Shown here: positions 30,701-42,833 of the stretch, in pieces
How the letters are laid out: every line of letters starts with the position of its first letter
Numbering within the stretch: position 1 is the first letter of the stretch
DNA from: Caulobacteraceae bacterium
GTDB taxonomy: Bacteria > Pseudomonadota > Alphaproteobacteria > Caulobacterales > Caulobacteraceae
Length of the DNA stretch: 64,000 bases
Assembly (NCBI GenBank): GCA_036491455.1
Contig: DASXBY010000042.1
Span: forward strand, 4,987-68,986
Direction of reading: 5' to 3'
Position numbers and translations under genes: made by a program
The notes under the pieces: model-generated
Told to the model about the DNA's origin: nothing
Database searches by the model: none
The model's input: only the letters and a program-made list of their open reading frames with translations

Positions 30701-31332
30701 AAGGAAATTCGGCCCCTCAGCTCATCATAGGGTCGCATCACGGCGTCACGGTAACTCGAGCGCTCTGCCAGCGCCGCGTTCCAAGCCTCCAGCCTGGGCA
30801 GGACGGGCCGGTCGATGTCGAGGGTGAAATAGCGATAGAGTTGGGCGCCTACGACGAGGCCAGCCATCGTCAGACGCTCGGTTTCACCTTGCGCCACGTG
30901 CCGGTCCGCCAGGGCAAACGCTGCATGCGACTGAGCGAGCAGAGCGGAATTTCGGTCCGGGTCGCGTTCGGATGTCGGAGTCCGGTACCAGCCCCAGAAG
31001 AAGCCCATGAACGCCGGCTGCAAGGTTGTCGCGCACCACTCCATCCATTGATCCGGCCCGGCGCGTTCAACAGGATCCGCTGACCACAGGCGCCCTGAAG
31101 CGTACTGAGCGCATAGGTAACGAATGATCGCATGGGAATCCCAAACGACCGTGTCGCCATCTGTCAGCACCGGTACCCTGGCATTGGGATTGAGCGCCAG
31201 GAAATGCTCCGTCTGGAGCCCGCCGAAACGGCCGCCGACTTCTTCATGGTCAAATTCGAGGCCGATCTCGAGAAGCGCCCAGCGAACCTTCTGCACATTG
31301 AGCGAGCTTCGTCGGCCGAGAAGTGTGATCAT
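30697..31332 (-). CDS. Glutathione S-transferase family protein
   Basis: GRRSSLNVQKVRW, LNPNARVPVL, WDSHAIIRYL. Confidence 0.9.
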   Translation of the reverse strand: MITLLGRRSSLNVQKVRWALLEIGLEFDHEEVGGRFGGLQTEHFLALNPNARVPVLTDGDTVVWDSHAIIRYLCAQYASGRLWSADPVERAGPDQWMEWCATTLQPAFMGFFWGWYRTPTSERDPDRNSALLAQSHAAFALADRHVAQGETERLTMAGLVVGAQLYRYFTLDIDRPVLPRLEAWNAALAERSSYRDAVMRPYDELRGRISF

Positions 31333-33404
31333 CGCCGTCTGGCTCGGGGCCGTCGCGCGCCGCCCTTTGCGTATGAGCTAGCGCGCCATTTGCTGTCCGC
31401 CGGCTCCGGTTCGCTTGTCATTTCGAACAGAAGACCGCCGGTGACCGGATTCGCTTCCTTGAGCCGCGCCTCGATCTTCGCACCAAGTCGCCAGCGCACG
31501 CCGGTTTGCTCACCAACGAGGCTATGACCAGCTTCGTCATGGTGGAAATATTCGTCTCCGAGGCTGGAGATCGGCGCCAGGCCATCCGCGCCGGTCTCCT
31601 CGAGCCTTAGGAAAAGGCCAAATCGGGTGACCCCGGTGATTGAGCCCACAAAGGTCGCCCCTACTCGATCGGCAAGGTAGGCCGCGATATAACGCTCCGT
31701 GGCTTCACGTTCGGCGGCCATGGCTCGCCGCTCGGTCTGAGATACATGCTCGGCCGTCTGCGGGAGTTGGGCGACGTCCGCCGGCGACAAGCCATCCGAT
31801 CCCAGATCGAGCGCGGTGATGAGCGCGCGGTGGACGATGAGGTCCGCGTATCGTCGGATCGGAGAAGTGAAGTGGGTGTAGCGGTCGAGATTGAGTCCGA
31901 AGTGACCGATATTGTCGGTTGCATAGTGCGCCTGCATTTGAGTGCGCAGCACCACTTCGTTGACAATCTCGGCGTGCGGGCCGCCACGCGTTTGCGCGAG
32001 CAGACGATTGAAGCGACTGGTCCTTGGCGCCTCGCCACTCGACCACGGAATGTCGAGAGTCGCCAGGAAGTCCTTCAGCGATTGCAGCTTGTCGGTAGCC
32101 GGCGCGTCATGGACGCGCCAGATCATTGGCGATCGTCGCCGCTCCAAGGTCTCGGCGGCGCAGACGTTGGCCTGGATCATGAATTCCTCGATCAGCTTGT
32201 GCGCCTCGAGAGCGGCGCGGGGCCGGATCGCAGCTACGTGGCCCTCGCCATCGAGCTCGACGCGGCGCTCCACTGAATTGATTTCCAGCGGCGAACGAGC
32301 GGCGCGGGCCTGGGCGAGGGCTTGGTAGGCCGCCCAAAGCGGCCGAAGGACAGGATCTAACCAGGGGCCGGCGCGATCACTTGGACGGCCGTCAGCGGCG
32401 CCCTGGGCCTCCTCATATGTCAGGCTGGCGGCCGAGCGCATGAGCCCGCGCTCAAAACGATGGGTGCGCTTGGCGCCGCCGACGTCAAACACAATGCGCA
32501 CGGCGAGGCACGCGCGGGTCTGGCGTTCACTGAGGGAGCACAGTCCGGCAGACAGCGCTTCGGGCAGCATGGGCTCGACCCTGTCCGGGAAGTAGACGCT
32601 GTTGCCCTTCTCGCGTGCGTCATGGTCAAGGGACGAACCGGGACGGACAAACGCCGAAACGTCGGCGATCGCCACCCAGACAATCCAGCCGCCAGGATTT
32701 CGCGCATCGGCGTCCGGCTCGGCGAAAACCGCGTCGTCGTGGTCCCGTGCGTCCGCGGGGTCGATGGTCACGAACGGGATGGCGCGCAGGTCGGTTCGAC
32801 CGCTGAGCCCCGGCTCATCGGCCGACTCGGCTTCCGCCAGAGTCTCTGGGGAAAATCCCATGGGGATGCCGTTGACGTGCGCGGCGATCAGCGAAGCGGC
32901 GCGGGCGTCTGTCTCGTGGCCGAGCCGGGAAATAAGTGTGGCGCGCTTCGGGCCATGAGGCCGGCCTGCGTCGGGCTCGACCTGGACGAGCACCAGGTCT
33001 CCCTCGAGGAGACTGCTGTTGTCCGGGACGACCAGACTGGTCTTAGCTCTGCGATCGACCGGGTCGATGCGGATTTCACGTCGCGTCCGGCGCACCACGC
33101 CCAGGACCCGATGCGCGCTTTGGCCGAGGCGCTTCAGAAGTCGAGCCTCGCGCTCGCCGGTCTCGGAAACCTGAATCCTGACCAGCAGCCGATCGCCGAG
33201 ACCCGGCGCCCCGGCGAGGCCTTCGTCTCCGGCTGGGGCCAGGCGAATAAGCGGCGAATTCTGCGGTGCGCGCGTGAGACGAACCCAAAGATCGCCGTCC
33301 GTGTCACGGTCGGCGACGTCCGCTACGGCGACGGGCGGGGCGTCATTCAGCCGCGGCGCGCGCCGAGACGAGGTCCGATGCGGCGGCTGGCGCCGCGCTT
33401 TCAT
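31329..33404 (-). CDS. rnr: Ribonuclease R
   Basis: TIDPADARDHDDA, LIEEFMI, HFTSPIRRYADL, C-terminal S1 domain. Confidence 0.95.
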   Translation of the reverse strand: MKARRQPPHRTSSRRAPRLNDAPPVAVADVADRDTDGDLWVRLTRAPQNSPLIRLAPAGDEGLAGAPGLGDRLLVRIQVSETGEREARLLKRLGQSAHRVLGVVRRTRREIRIDPVDRRAKTSLVVPDNSSLLEGDLVLVQVEPDAGRPHGPKRATLISRLGHETDARAASLIAAHVNGIPMGFSPETLAEAESADEPGLSGRTDLRAIPFVTIDPADARDHDDAVFAEPDADARNPGGWIVWVAIADVSAFVRPGSSLDHDAREKGNSVYFPDRVEPMLPEALSAGLCSLSERQTRACLAVRIVFDVGGAKRTHRFERGLMRSAASLTYEEAQGAADGRPSDRAGPWLDPVLRPLWAAYQALAQARAARSPLEINSVERRVELDGEGHVAAIRPRAALEAHKLIEEFMIQANVCAAETLERRRSPMIWRVHDAPATDKLQSLKDFLATLDIPWSSGEAPRTSRFNRLLAQTRGGPHAEIVNEVVLRTQMQAHYATDNIGHFGLNLDRYTHFTSPIRRYADLIVHRALITALDLGSDGLSPADVAQLPQTAEHVSQTERRAMAAEREATERYIAAYLADRVGATFVGSITGVTRFGLFLRLEETGADGLAPISSLGDEYFHHDEAGHSLVGEQTGVRWRLGAKIEARLKEANPVTGGLLFEMTSEPEPADSKWRASSYAKGGARRPRARRR

Positions 33405-35992
33405 ATGCGTGTCCGGGTCCGCTTCGCTCGCCCGCGAGCGCGGTTTGACGCCGGCCGGGCTGGGCGAGCGCCATCGGTCGGGGCGACGGCGGCGCGCGCA
33501 TCCACTAGGGCAACCGCTTCTTCCAGGGTCAGCTCCGCGGGATCGGTCCCGCGAGGAACATTGGCGTTGGTCTCGCCGTGCTTGACATACGGCCCGTAAC
33601 GGCCGGCCAGAAGGCGAATGGACTCGCCGGTTCGCGGGTGAGCTCCCAGCGTGCGCAAAGGCTCGCGGCCCCCCGAGCGGCGGCCCCCGCCCGCCTGTTT
33701 TTCGGCCAGCACGGTAACGGCGCGATTAATACCAATATCGAAGACCTCGTCCGCATTCGGCAGGTTCGCATAGACGCCGTTGTGCTGGACGTAGGGGCCG
33801 TAGCGGCCGACTCCGGCCAGGATCACTCCGCCATCCGGATGTTCGCCGACTTCCCTGGGCAGTCGCAGGAGCCTGAGCGCGCGGTCCAGATCCACCACCT
33901 GTGGCGGCCAGTCCTTGGGAAGGCTCGCGCGCTTGGGCGACTCGGATTGCTCCTCGACGTAGGGGCCGAAACGTCCGGCCTTGAGCCAAATGGCGTTTCC
34001 GCTGGCCGGATCGACGCCGAGTTGGCGGTCTCCGCCTTCGGACTTTTCTTCGGCTTCGGCGACGCCCAGCGGCCGCGTGTAGCGGCACTGAGGATAGTTC
34101 GAGCAGCCCACGAATGCGCCATAGCGACCCGCCTTCAGAGATAGCTGTCCTTCGGCGCAAGAGGGACACAGACGCGGATCAACGCCGTCTTCCCGGTCGG
34201 GGAAGAGATGATGGCCCAGGGCATCATTGAGGGCCTCGATGACCTGACCCATGCGTAGGTCGCCGATGTCGCCGACGGCGGCCTGGAAGCCGGTCCAGAA
34301 CTCGCGAAGAAGCGCCTTCCAGTCGAGCTCGCCGGCTGAAACCAGGTCCAGTTTTTCCTCGAGATCGGCAGTGAAACTGTATTCGACGTAACGGGCGAAA
34401 AACCGTTCGAGGAATGCTGTCACCAGCACGCCGGCTGGCTCGGCTACAAACCTGGACTTGTCCATCCGTGCATAGCCGCGGTCGCGAAGGACGCCGAGGA
34501 TCGAGGCGTAGGTCGACGGCCGGCCTATGCCGAGCTCTTCGAGCTTTTTGACGAGGCTGGCTTCGGAATACCGCGGCGGAGGTTCCGTGTGTTTCTCATC
34601 GGCGCGGACGTCGAGAACCCTCGCTGCGGCGTCTTGACGGATCTGAGGTAGGCGTCCTTCGCCGTCATCTTCGGGTGCTTCCACCCCCGGGGCGCGCGGT
34701 TCCGGCGCGTCTCGACCTTCCTCATAGACGGTGAGATATCCGGGGAAGAGCACCACCTGGCCGCTCGCACGAAGGCCGGTCTCGCCGTTTGCCGTTTCGA
34801 TGTCGACCGTAGTGCGCTCGATTCGCGCCGCCTCCATCTGCGAGGCGATCATCCGCTTCCATACCAACTCGTAGAGTCGACCAAGATCCGGTTCGAGGCG
34901 CAGACGGCCAGGATTTCGCTCCAGGCTGGTCGGACGGATGGCCTCATGCGCTTCCTGAGCATTTTTGGCTTTGACTTTGTAATAGCGAGGAGACTCCGGC
35001 ACAAATTCGGCGCCGTAGAGGTGGCCGATAACCGTCCTGGCCTCGGCCAGGGCCTCCGGCGCCGACTGCACACCATCGGTTCGCATGTATGTGATCAGGC
35101 CCACCGTCTCGCCATCGACATCGACGCCTTCATAGAGGCGCTGCGCGGTTTTCATGGTCCGATCGGCCGAGAAACCGAATTTGCGGGCGGCCTCCTGTTG
35201 GAGCGTCGAGGTGGTGAAGGGTGGTGGCGGATTGCGCCTCGTGGGCCGCGTCTCGACCGCGGATACCGTGAACGCGCCGCCGGCCACCGCCGCCTTGGCT
35301 TCCAGGGCCGCCGCCTCGTTAGCCAGGTCAAGTCGCGCCAGCCGCTTGCCGCGATGCTTGACCAGCTTGGCCGTAAATGGCTCGCTATCGGCCGTCAGAT
35401 CGGCCTCGACGGCCCAATACTCCTGCGACTTGAAGGCCTCGATCTCGAGTTCACGGTCGACGATGAGGCGAAGCGCCACCGACTGCACCCGGCCCGCTGA
35501 ACGCGCGCCAGGCAGCTTGCGCCACAGCACTGGCGAAAGGGTGAAGCCGACCAGATAGTCGAGGGCCCTGCGAGCGAGGTAGGCGTCGACAAGCTCCATA
35601 TCGATCGCGCGCGGATGCCTCATCGCGTCCGTCACCGCTGCGCGTGTGATTGCGTTGAAGACCACGCGCTCGACCTGGGCCGATCCCAGGGCCTTGCGTC
35701 GGCGGAGGTCCTCGAGGACATGCCAGCTGATCGCCTCTCCCTCCCGATCAGGGTCGGTGGCTAGGATTAGGCGATCGGCGCCCTTTAGCGCCTGAGCAAT
35801 GTCGGCAAGACGCTTGGCCGATTTGCCGTCGACCTCCCAGGTCATGGCGAAATCATCGTCCGGCCGCACCGATCCATCCTTGGACGGCAGGTCGCGGACA
35901 TGGCCGAACGAGGCCAGCACGTTGTAGTCGGACCCGAGATAGCGATTGATCGTCTTCGCCTTGGCTGGACTTTCGACGACGACGACGTTCAT
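33401..35992 (-). CDS. topA: DNA topoisomerase I
   Basis: VESPAKAKTI, ATDPDREGEAI, SAGRVQS, LITYMRTD, GIGRPSTY, zinc ribbon, GRYGPY repeats. Confidence 0.98.
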   Translation of the reverse strand: MNVVVVESPAKAKTINRYLGSDYNVLASFGHVRDLPSKDGSVRPDDDFAMTWEVDGKSAKRLADIAQALKGADRLILATDPDREGEAISWHVLEDLRRRKALGSAQVERVVFNAITRAAVTDAMRHPRAIDMELVDAYLARRALDYLVGFTLSPVLWRKLPGARSAGRVQSVALRLIVDRELEIEAFKSQEYWAVEADLTADSEPFTAKLVKHRGKRLARLDLANEAAALEAKAAVAGGAFTVSAVETRPTRRNPPPPFTTSTLQQEAARKFGFSADRTMKTAQRLYEGVDVDGETVGLITYMRTDGVQSAPEALAEARTVIGHLYGAEFVPESPRYYKVKAKNAQEAHEAIRPTSLERNPGRLRLEPDLGRLYELVWKRMIASQMEAARIERTTVDIETANGETGLRASGQVVLFPGYLTVYEEGRDAPEPRAPGVEAPEDDGEGRLPQIRQDAAARVLDVRADEKHTEPPPRYSEASLVKKLEELGIGRPSTYASILGVLRDRGYARMDKSRFVAEPAGVLVTAFLERFFARYVEYSFTADLEEKLDLVSAGELDWKALLREFWTGFQAAVGDIGDLRMGQVIEALNDALGHHLFPDREDGVDPRLCPSCAEGQLSLKAGRYGAFVGCSNYPQCRYTRPLGVAEAEEKSEGGDRQLGVDPASGNAIWLKAGRFGPYVEEQSESPKRASLPKDWPPQVVDLDRALRLLRLPREVGEHPDGGVILAGVGRYGPYVQHNGVYANLPNADEVFDIGINRAVTVLAEKQAGGGRRSGGREPLRTLGAHPRTGESIRLLAGRYGPYVKHGETNANVPRGTDPAELTLEEAVALVDARAAVAPTDGARPARPASNRARGRAKRTRTRI

Positions 35993-36073
35993 GCGCGGTT
36001 TCTGGTTACCCCGTGAGATTGCGATGGATTCACGCGCGAAGGTGGGCGAGAGCCGATGACCCTGTCAACGCGA

Positions 36074-37162
36074 TCAACGGCTGATGGCCAGTCCTCCGGG
36101 CAAAAGCTCCGCCCTTCCGGCCAGAGCCAGCTCGACCAGCGCCGCGGCGGCCGCGCCCGCGCAAAGCTTGGCGTCACGCGCGAGTTCGTCAAGGCTGGCG
36201 GGAGTTGGTGAGAGCAGAGCTTCGAGGCGGTCAACTGCCTCCGCCGGCTGCGTCGCGTCCATTTCGGGCGGAGGGAAAATAACGGTCGGTGGTTCAGGCT
36301 CCCAGACTCCTTCGGCAGTCTCCAGCACGCGCCGTACGTCGTCGACGTCCTCGACCAGCGTCGCGCCCTGACGAATCAAGTCGTTTGCGCCGCGAGCCCT
36401 CGGATCAAGTGGCGAGCCCGGCACGGCGAAGACATCTCGCCCCTGCTCTGCGGCCAGCCGTGCTGTGATCAGGGACCCGGATTTCATTTCGGCCTCCACA
36501 ACGACGACTCCGAGGGAAAGGCCGGAAATGATTCGGTTTCGTCGGGGAAAATCCGGCGCCCGTGCCGTGAAGCCTGGCGGCCGCTCTGAAATCAGGCAGC
36601 CCCTTTCGCTGATGGCCACGGCGAGCTCCGAGTGTTCCGGTGGATAGACATCATCCACGCCTCCCGCCAGGACCGCCACCGTGCCGGCCTCGAGCGCGCC
36701 TTGATGTGCGGCGGCGTCGATACCCCGCGCAAGGCCCGAGACAACGACATAGCCGGCATCACCCAGCCCATTAGCTAAGTCGCGCGCGAACCGACGACCC
36801 GCTGTCGACGCGGCCCGCGCGCCGACAATCGCGACCGAGCGCCGATTCAAAATCGCCGGATCGCCCCAGACCCAGATCAAGGGCGGTGGCGAATCGAGCA
36901 CAGCCAGGAGACGTGGAAAGGCGTCGTCGCATCCCAGCACGAGGCGAGCGCCAACAGCCTCGCCGTTGGCCAGCTCGCACGCAGCCTCTTCTCGGGAAGG
37001 CAGGCGAAGAGATCCGCCGGCCCGACGGGCAAGGCCTGGCGATTCGGCCAAAGCAGCTGAGGCTGAGCCAAACCGGCGAATGAGATAGGCAAAGGTCGTC
37101 GAACCGACCGATTCGGCCCGTGCCAGCCTCAGCCAGTCGAGCCGCTCTGGGTCAGCCTCCAC
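36074..37162 (-). CDS. dprA: DNA-processing protein DprA/Smf
   Basis: VAIVGAR, VSGLARGID, FPRRNRIISG, SGSLITA, VFAVPG. Confidence 0.95.
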   Translation of the reverse strand: MEADPERLDWLRLARAESVGSTTFAYLIRRFGSASAALAESPGLARRAGGSLRLPSREEAACELANGEAVGARLVLGCDDAFPRLLAVLDSPPPLIWVWGDPAILNRRSVAIVGARAASTAGRRFARDLANGLGDAGYVVVSGLARGIDAAAHQGALEAGTVAVLAGGVDDVYPPEHSELAVAISERGCLISERPPGFTARAPDFPRRNRIISGLSLGVVVVEAEMKSGSLITARLAAEQGRDVFAVPGSPLDPRARGANDLIRQGATLVEDVDDVRRVLETAEGVWEPEPPTVIFPPPEMDATQPAEAVDRLEALLSPTPASLDELARDAKLCAGAAAAALVELALAGRAELLPGGLAISR

Positions 37163-37166
37163 GATT

Positions 37167-37787
37167 TCAAGCTTTCTTTTCGGCGCCGATCTTGGATTCC
37201 TTGCCCTCGATGAGGCGTTCGATGTTCTCGCGGTGGCGGACGAACACGAGCACAGCCATGAACACCGACAGCCAGAACGCAGGGAGGCCCCAGCCTTTCA
37301 ACAGACCTACGTAGACCGGCCCCAACGCGGCCGTGACCAGCGCCGCCAGGGATGAAAATCGAAAGATCAGGGCCGTCACGATCCAGGTCGCGCCCGCGGC
37401 GAGGGCCGCCGGCCAAGCGGCGACGAACAACACACCAAAGAAGACCGCCACGCCTTTGCCGCCCCGAAAGCCAAGCCAGACCGGGAACAGATGGCCCACA
37501 AAGGCGGCTCCGCCGGCTAGCGCCGCGCCAACGGGCGAGGTCAGCCAGCCGGCGATGAAAACCGCCAAGGCGCCTTTGGCGGCATCCCCGGCCAGGGTCG
37601 CGGCCGCAAGGTCGCGCCGTCCGGTCCTCAGTACATTGGTGGCGCCGATGTTTCCGGAGCCTATCTGGCGGATGTCTCCGAGGCCCGCCTGACGAGTCAG
37701 GATCAGCCCGAACGGTATCGAACCCAGAAGATAGCCGCCTATCGCGCAGGCGATCAGACCGACAGTCGAATCATGCGTGTGGATCAT
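37167..37787 (-). CDS. plsY: Glycerol-3-phosphate acyltransferase PlsY
   Basis: YLLGSIPFG, GSGNIGATN, GHLFP, GGKGVA, HRENI. Confidence 0.96.
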   Translation of the reverse strand: MIHTHDSTVGLIACAIGGYLLGSIPFGLILTRQAGLGDIRQIGSGNIGATNVLRTGRRDLAAATLAGDAAKGALAVFIAGWLTSPVGAALAGGAAFVGHLFPVWLGFRGGKGVAVFFGVLFVAAWPAALAAGATWIVTALIFRFSSLAALVTAALGPVYVGLLKGWGLPAFWLSVFMAVLVFVRHRENIERLIEGKESKIGAEKKA

Positions 37788-39090
37788 CAGCCCCCCTCCT
37801 GCATCCGATCATACACCACTCGGCCCTCGACCAGGGTCATTCTCACCTCGCCTTGAAGGCGGCGCCCGTCGAATGCCGAATTCTTGGACTTCGAGATCAA
37901 GTCAGCGGCATCCACCAATATCGGAGCATCAATGTCACAGAGGACGAGATCGGCCGGTGTGCCAGGCGCGAGCCGCCCGGCGCTCAAGCCGATCGCTTCG
38001 GCCGGCGCGAGGGTGACGCTTCGGATCAGGGTGGCGAGACGAATTCTCTTCTCGTGATGGAGCGTGAGGAGGGCCGGCAGCAGGGTCTGAAGTCCGACCG
38101 ATCCCGGAGCCGCCTCATCGTAGGGCAGGCGCTTGTCCTCTGGCGGCGCCGGCGCGTGCGCCGAGACCACGATGTCCACAAGCCCTTCGGCCACGGCCTC
38201 GCCTAGTGCCAAGCGGTCGTCTTCACTGCGAAGAGGCGGCGTCAACTTGCAGAACGTCCGGTAGTCGCCAATGTCGAGTTCATTGAATGTCAGGTGATTG
38301 ATCGAGGCGGTCGCGACGACCGGCAGGCCTTTCGCTTTGGCTCTGGCGAGGCTTTCGAGCGGCGCCGCAGCGCTGATCTGATCGACCAGCAGGCGGGCGC
38401 CGGTCAGTTGAGTGAGGATCAGGTCGCGCTCAAGCATGATCGTCTCGGCGGCGACTGGCGCGGGCGGCAGTCCCATGCGCCCGGCAAATTCGCCTTCGGT
38501 CGCCGCGCCGCCCTCGGCGAGCCAGGGGTCGGCAGGGCGGTGCGCGACCATAACGCCAAGGCTGGCCGAATAGGCGAGAATCCGGCGCATGACCCGCGAG
38601 TCGACGATCGGCCGGTCGGCATTGGTCACATAGACGCACCCAGCCTCGCGCATCAGCCCGATCTCGGCCATGCGGACGCCGTCCAACCCTTTGGTGGCCG
38701 CGCCGGCCGGATAGACGTGCACGAGGCCGATATCGCGTGCTCGGCGCAGTATGAAATCAACGACAGCCGGATCGTCCACCACCGGGTCTGTGTCGGGCTG
38801 GACAACGATCGACGTAACACCGCCTGTGGCGGCAGCCATCGCGGCTGACTGAAGGGTTTCCTTCGGTTCAGCGCCCGGCTCGCCCGTCTTGACCCGAAGG
38901 TCGATCAGGCCAGGACAAAGCATGGCGCCGTTGGCGTCGACGGACAGGGCCCCGTCCGGACCTAGGACCGGCTCATCGCCCTTGCGGACCTCGGCGATCC
39001 TCCCATCAAGCGCGAGCAGCGAACCCGGCCCGTCATAGCCGCTCTCCGGGTCGACCAGTCGCGCGCCGGAGAAAAGGATCGGGCGCCGGC

Positions 39091-39094
<4 letters not shown>
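37787..39094 (-). CDS. pyrC: Dihydroorotase-like protein (probably inactive PyrC')
   Basis: Amidohydrolase fold ([29 protein letters not shown]) adjacent to pyrB; metal ligands degenerate. Confidence 0.9.
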
Positions 39095-40067
<973 letters not shown>

Positions 40068-40068
<1 letters not shown>

Positions 40069-40559
40069 TAAAGCGCCGTTGTAGGGTCGCGTTTCGCCGC
40101 GCGCAACCGATCCAGCGCGCCTTGGAGGATCCAGGCGGCCGCCATCTTGTCGACAGCCGCAGCCCGTTTGCTCCGGCTGAGGTCCGCCTCGCCAATGAGA
40201 GTCCGGCTCACCGCAACCGTGGAAAGACGCTCGTCCCAGAAGGCGATTGGCAATTCACGCAAGCGAAGGAGATTGCGAGCGAAGGCCCGCGCCGACTGGC
40301 TGCTGGGACCTTCCGTTCCGTCCATGTTAACCGGCAGGCCTATGACGAGCCCGGCCACTCCGCATCTTTCCATCAACGCAAACAGGGCCTCGGCGTCGCG
40401 CGTGAATTTCACGCGCTTCAGGGTCTGGGCCGGGGTGGCGACGAGGTGGGAAATGTCCGAGACCGCCACGCCGATAGTCTTCTCGCCAAGATCGAGTCCG
40501 GCAATCGCCGCCTTCGAAGGCAACGCGTCGGCAAGGTCCAGGAGATCGATTACCGGCAT
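40068..40559 (-). CDS. ruvX: RuvX/YqgF pre-16S rRNA nuclease
   Basis: [38 protein letters not shown]. Confidence 0.95.
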
Positions 40560-40643
40560 GCTCCGGACGCGCCGCGTTCACGCCGGTCTTGTCAAGTAGT
40601 GAGCCGGGCGCGTAACGGCTGGCGCCTTCGCCAAGGAGCTCTG

Positions 40644-40931
40644 ATGGCCATCGACGTCGACACCGTTCGTAAAGTCGCAAACCTCGCCAATATCCGTGTG
40701 CCGGACGAGCGCCTCGCGCCGCTGGCCAGGGAACTCAGCGGCATCCTGACCTGGATCGAGCAGCTCAATGAGGTTGACACCAACGGGGTCGAGCCGATGA
40801 CGTCGGCGGTCGCTGTTCCGCTGCCGATGCGCGAAGACTTAGTCACTGAGGGCGGCGATTCCGCCCAGGTGCTTGCCAATGCGCCAGCGGCCAGAAGCGG
40901 CTTTTTCGTCGTGCCAAAAGTGGTCGAATGA
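40644..40931 (+). CDS. gatC: Asp/Glu-tRNA amidotransferase subunit C
   Basis: VRKVANLA...EVDT.GVEPM...MRED...FFVVPKVVE. Confidence 0.96.
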   Translation: MAIDVDTVRKVANLANIRVPDERLAPLARELSGILTWIEQLNEVDTNGVEPMTSAVAVPLPMREDLVTEGGDSAQVLANAPAARSGFFVVPKVVE

Positions 40932-42400
40932 CAGCCCTCACCGAACTTACGCTTGCGGACGCGCTCAATGGTCTGCGGACGCGCGCCTTCTCGGCCCGGG
41001 AGCTGACGGCCGCGCATATCGAGGCCGTTGAGCGGGCCCGCGCGCTCAATGCCTTTGTGCTCGAGACGCCCGACAAGGCCCTCGACATGGCTGACGCCAG
41101 CGATGCGCGTCTGGGAAAGGGGGAGGGCGGGGCGTTGGAAGGCGCGCCACTTGGCATCAAGGATCTCTTCTGCACCCGCGGCGTCCGCTCCACGGCGGCC
41201 TCGCGCATTCTTGACGACTTCACACCGCCCTACGAATCGACGGTCACCGAGCATCTGTGGCGCGACGGCGCCGTGATGCTGGGCAAGCTCAACATGGATG
41301 AATTCGCCATGGGCTCGTCGAACGAGACGAGCGCGTTCGGGCCGGTCATCAATCCCTGGCGCGCGGGTGGCTCCAACCGCGCCTTGTCGCCTGGCGGGTC
41401 GTCTGGTGGCTCGGCAACGGCGGTGGCCGCCCGCCTGGCGCTCGGGGCGACCGCGACCGACACCGGCGGCTCGATCCGCCAACCGGCGTCCCTGACCGGA
41501 ACAGTAGGGGTTAAACCGACCTACGGTCGCTGCTCGCGCTGGGGCATCGTGGCTTTCGCGTCCTCCCTCGACCAGGCCGGACCCATCGCCCGCACGGTGA
41601 CCGACGCCGCAATGCTGCTGAAATCGATGAGCGGACATGATCCGAAAGACTCGACCAGCCTGCCCGTCGAGGTCCCCGATTTTCCAAGATTCGTCGGGCG
41701 ATCGGTCAAGGGACTGCGGATCGGCGTGCCGAAGGAATATCGGGTCGAGGGCATGCCTCAGGAGATCGAGGACCTCTGGAGCCGCGGCGTCGACTGGCTG
41801 AAGGAGGCTGGCTGCGAGATCGTCGAGATATCCCTGCCTCACACCCGTTACGCCTTGCCAGCCTACTACATCATTGCGCCCGCCGAAGCCTCGTCCAACC
41901 TCGCCCGCTACGATGGCATGCGTTACGGTCTGCGAGTTGAAGGTCCGACGCTATCGGACGTCTACCAACTCACCCGGCAAGCCGGCTTCGGCGATGAGGT
42001 CAAGCGGCGCGTTCTTATCGGCGCCTATGTGCTTTCGGCCGGCTACTACGACGCCTACTACCTGAAGGCCTTGAAGGTCCGCCGGCGGATTGCGGACGAT
42101 TTCCGTCAGGCTTTCGAGCACGTCGACGCGCTTCTCACCCCAACTGCGCCCTCTGCGGCCTTTGGCCTGGGCGAGAACAGCGCCGATCCGGTCGCCATGT
42201 ACCTGAACGACATCTTTACCGTGACGGTAAACCTCGCCGGCCTGCCGGCGATCAGCGTGCCCGGTGGCCTCGACGGACGGGGCTTGCCGCTTGGCTTGCA
42301 GCTGATTGGTCGGGCCCTCGACGAGGGCACGCTGTTTTCGCTCTCAGGCGCCCTCGAGAAATCGGCCGGGTTTGCGGCCCAGCCGGAGCGCTGGTGGTGA
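40928..42400 (+). CDS. gatA: Asp/Glu-tRNA amidotransferase subunit A
   Basis: [41 protein letters not shown]. Confidence 0.98.
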   Translation: MTALTELTLADALNGLRTRAFSARELTAAHIEAVERARALNAFVLETPDKALDMADASDARLGKGEGGALEGAPLGIKDLFCTRGVRSTAASRILDDFTPPYESTVTEHLWRDGAVMLGKLNMDEFAMGSSNETSAFGPVINPWRAGGSNRALSPGGSSGGSATAVAARLALGATATDTGGSIRQPASLTGTVGVKPTYGRCSRWGIVAFASSLDQAGPIARTVTDAAMLLKSMSGHDPKDSTSLPVEVPDFPRFVGRSVKGLRIGVPKEYRVEGMPQEIEDLWSRGVDWLKEAGCEIVEISLPHTRYALPAYYIIAPAEASSNLARYDGMRYGLRVEGPTLSDVYQLTRQAGFGDEVKRRVLIGAYVLSAGYYDAYYLKALKVRRRIADDFRQAFEHVDALLTPTAPSAAFGLGENSADPVAMYLNDIFTVTVNLAGLPAISVPGGLDGRGLPLGLQLIGRALDEGTLFSLSGALEKSAGFAAQPERWW

Positions 42401-42405
42401 GAGGA

Positions 42406-42747
42406 TCAGGGCGTAATGCCGTCGAGGTCTTTCTGGAGCTTCTCCAACCGCGCTTGATCAAGGTTCGCCTGCGGATATTTAGAGATGTCCCGCATGGTCA
42501 TACCCTTGATCTGATCGAGCCCGTCGTAGGTGAGAAGCTCGGGCATGTCCTGCTGCAAGACCGCCTTGGTTTTGGGGTTGTCCACCAGATCGCCGATCGT
42601 GGTGGTCTCGACCGATGCCTTCGGGCTTGCCGCCGGAATGGTCTTGGTCGCCTCCTCGGCCGGCGCGGCGGTGTTGGTCTGGCTGAGGGCCGGCGCAGCC
42701 GCCATCAGCATCGTCAGGCCCGCAAGGGCGGCGAAAGCGCGTCTCAT
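42406..42747 (-). CDS. Small secreted hypothetical protein
   Basis: Clear signal peptide (MRRAFAALAGLTMLMAAAPALSQ), AGGAG RBS, fills the gatA-gatB gap. Confidence 0.8.
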   Translation of the reverse strand: MRRAFAALAGLTMLMAAAPALSQTNTAAPAEEATKTIPAASPKASVETTTIGDLVDNPKTKAVLQQDMPELLTYDGLDQIKGMTMRDISKYPQANLDQARLEKLQKDLDGITP

Positions 42748-42833
42748 GCCTATCTGTCTCCTGTGCGTGGACGGCGGGATGGGGAAAGGAAAATCGCCAA
42801 CTTGTCTAGCTCCAGAATGAAGGCAGCGTCCTG

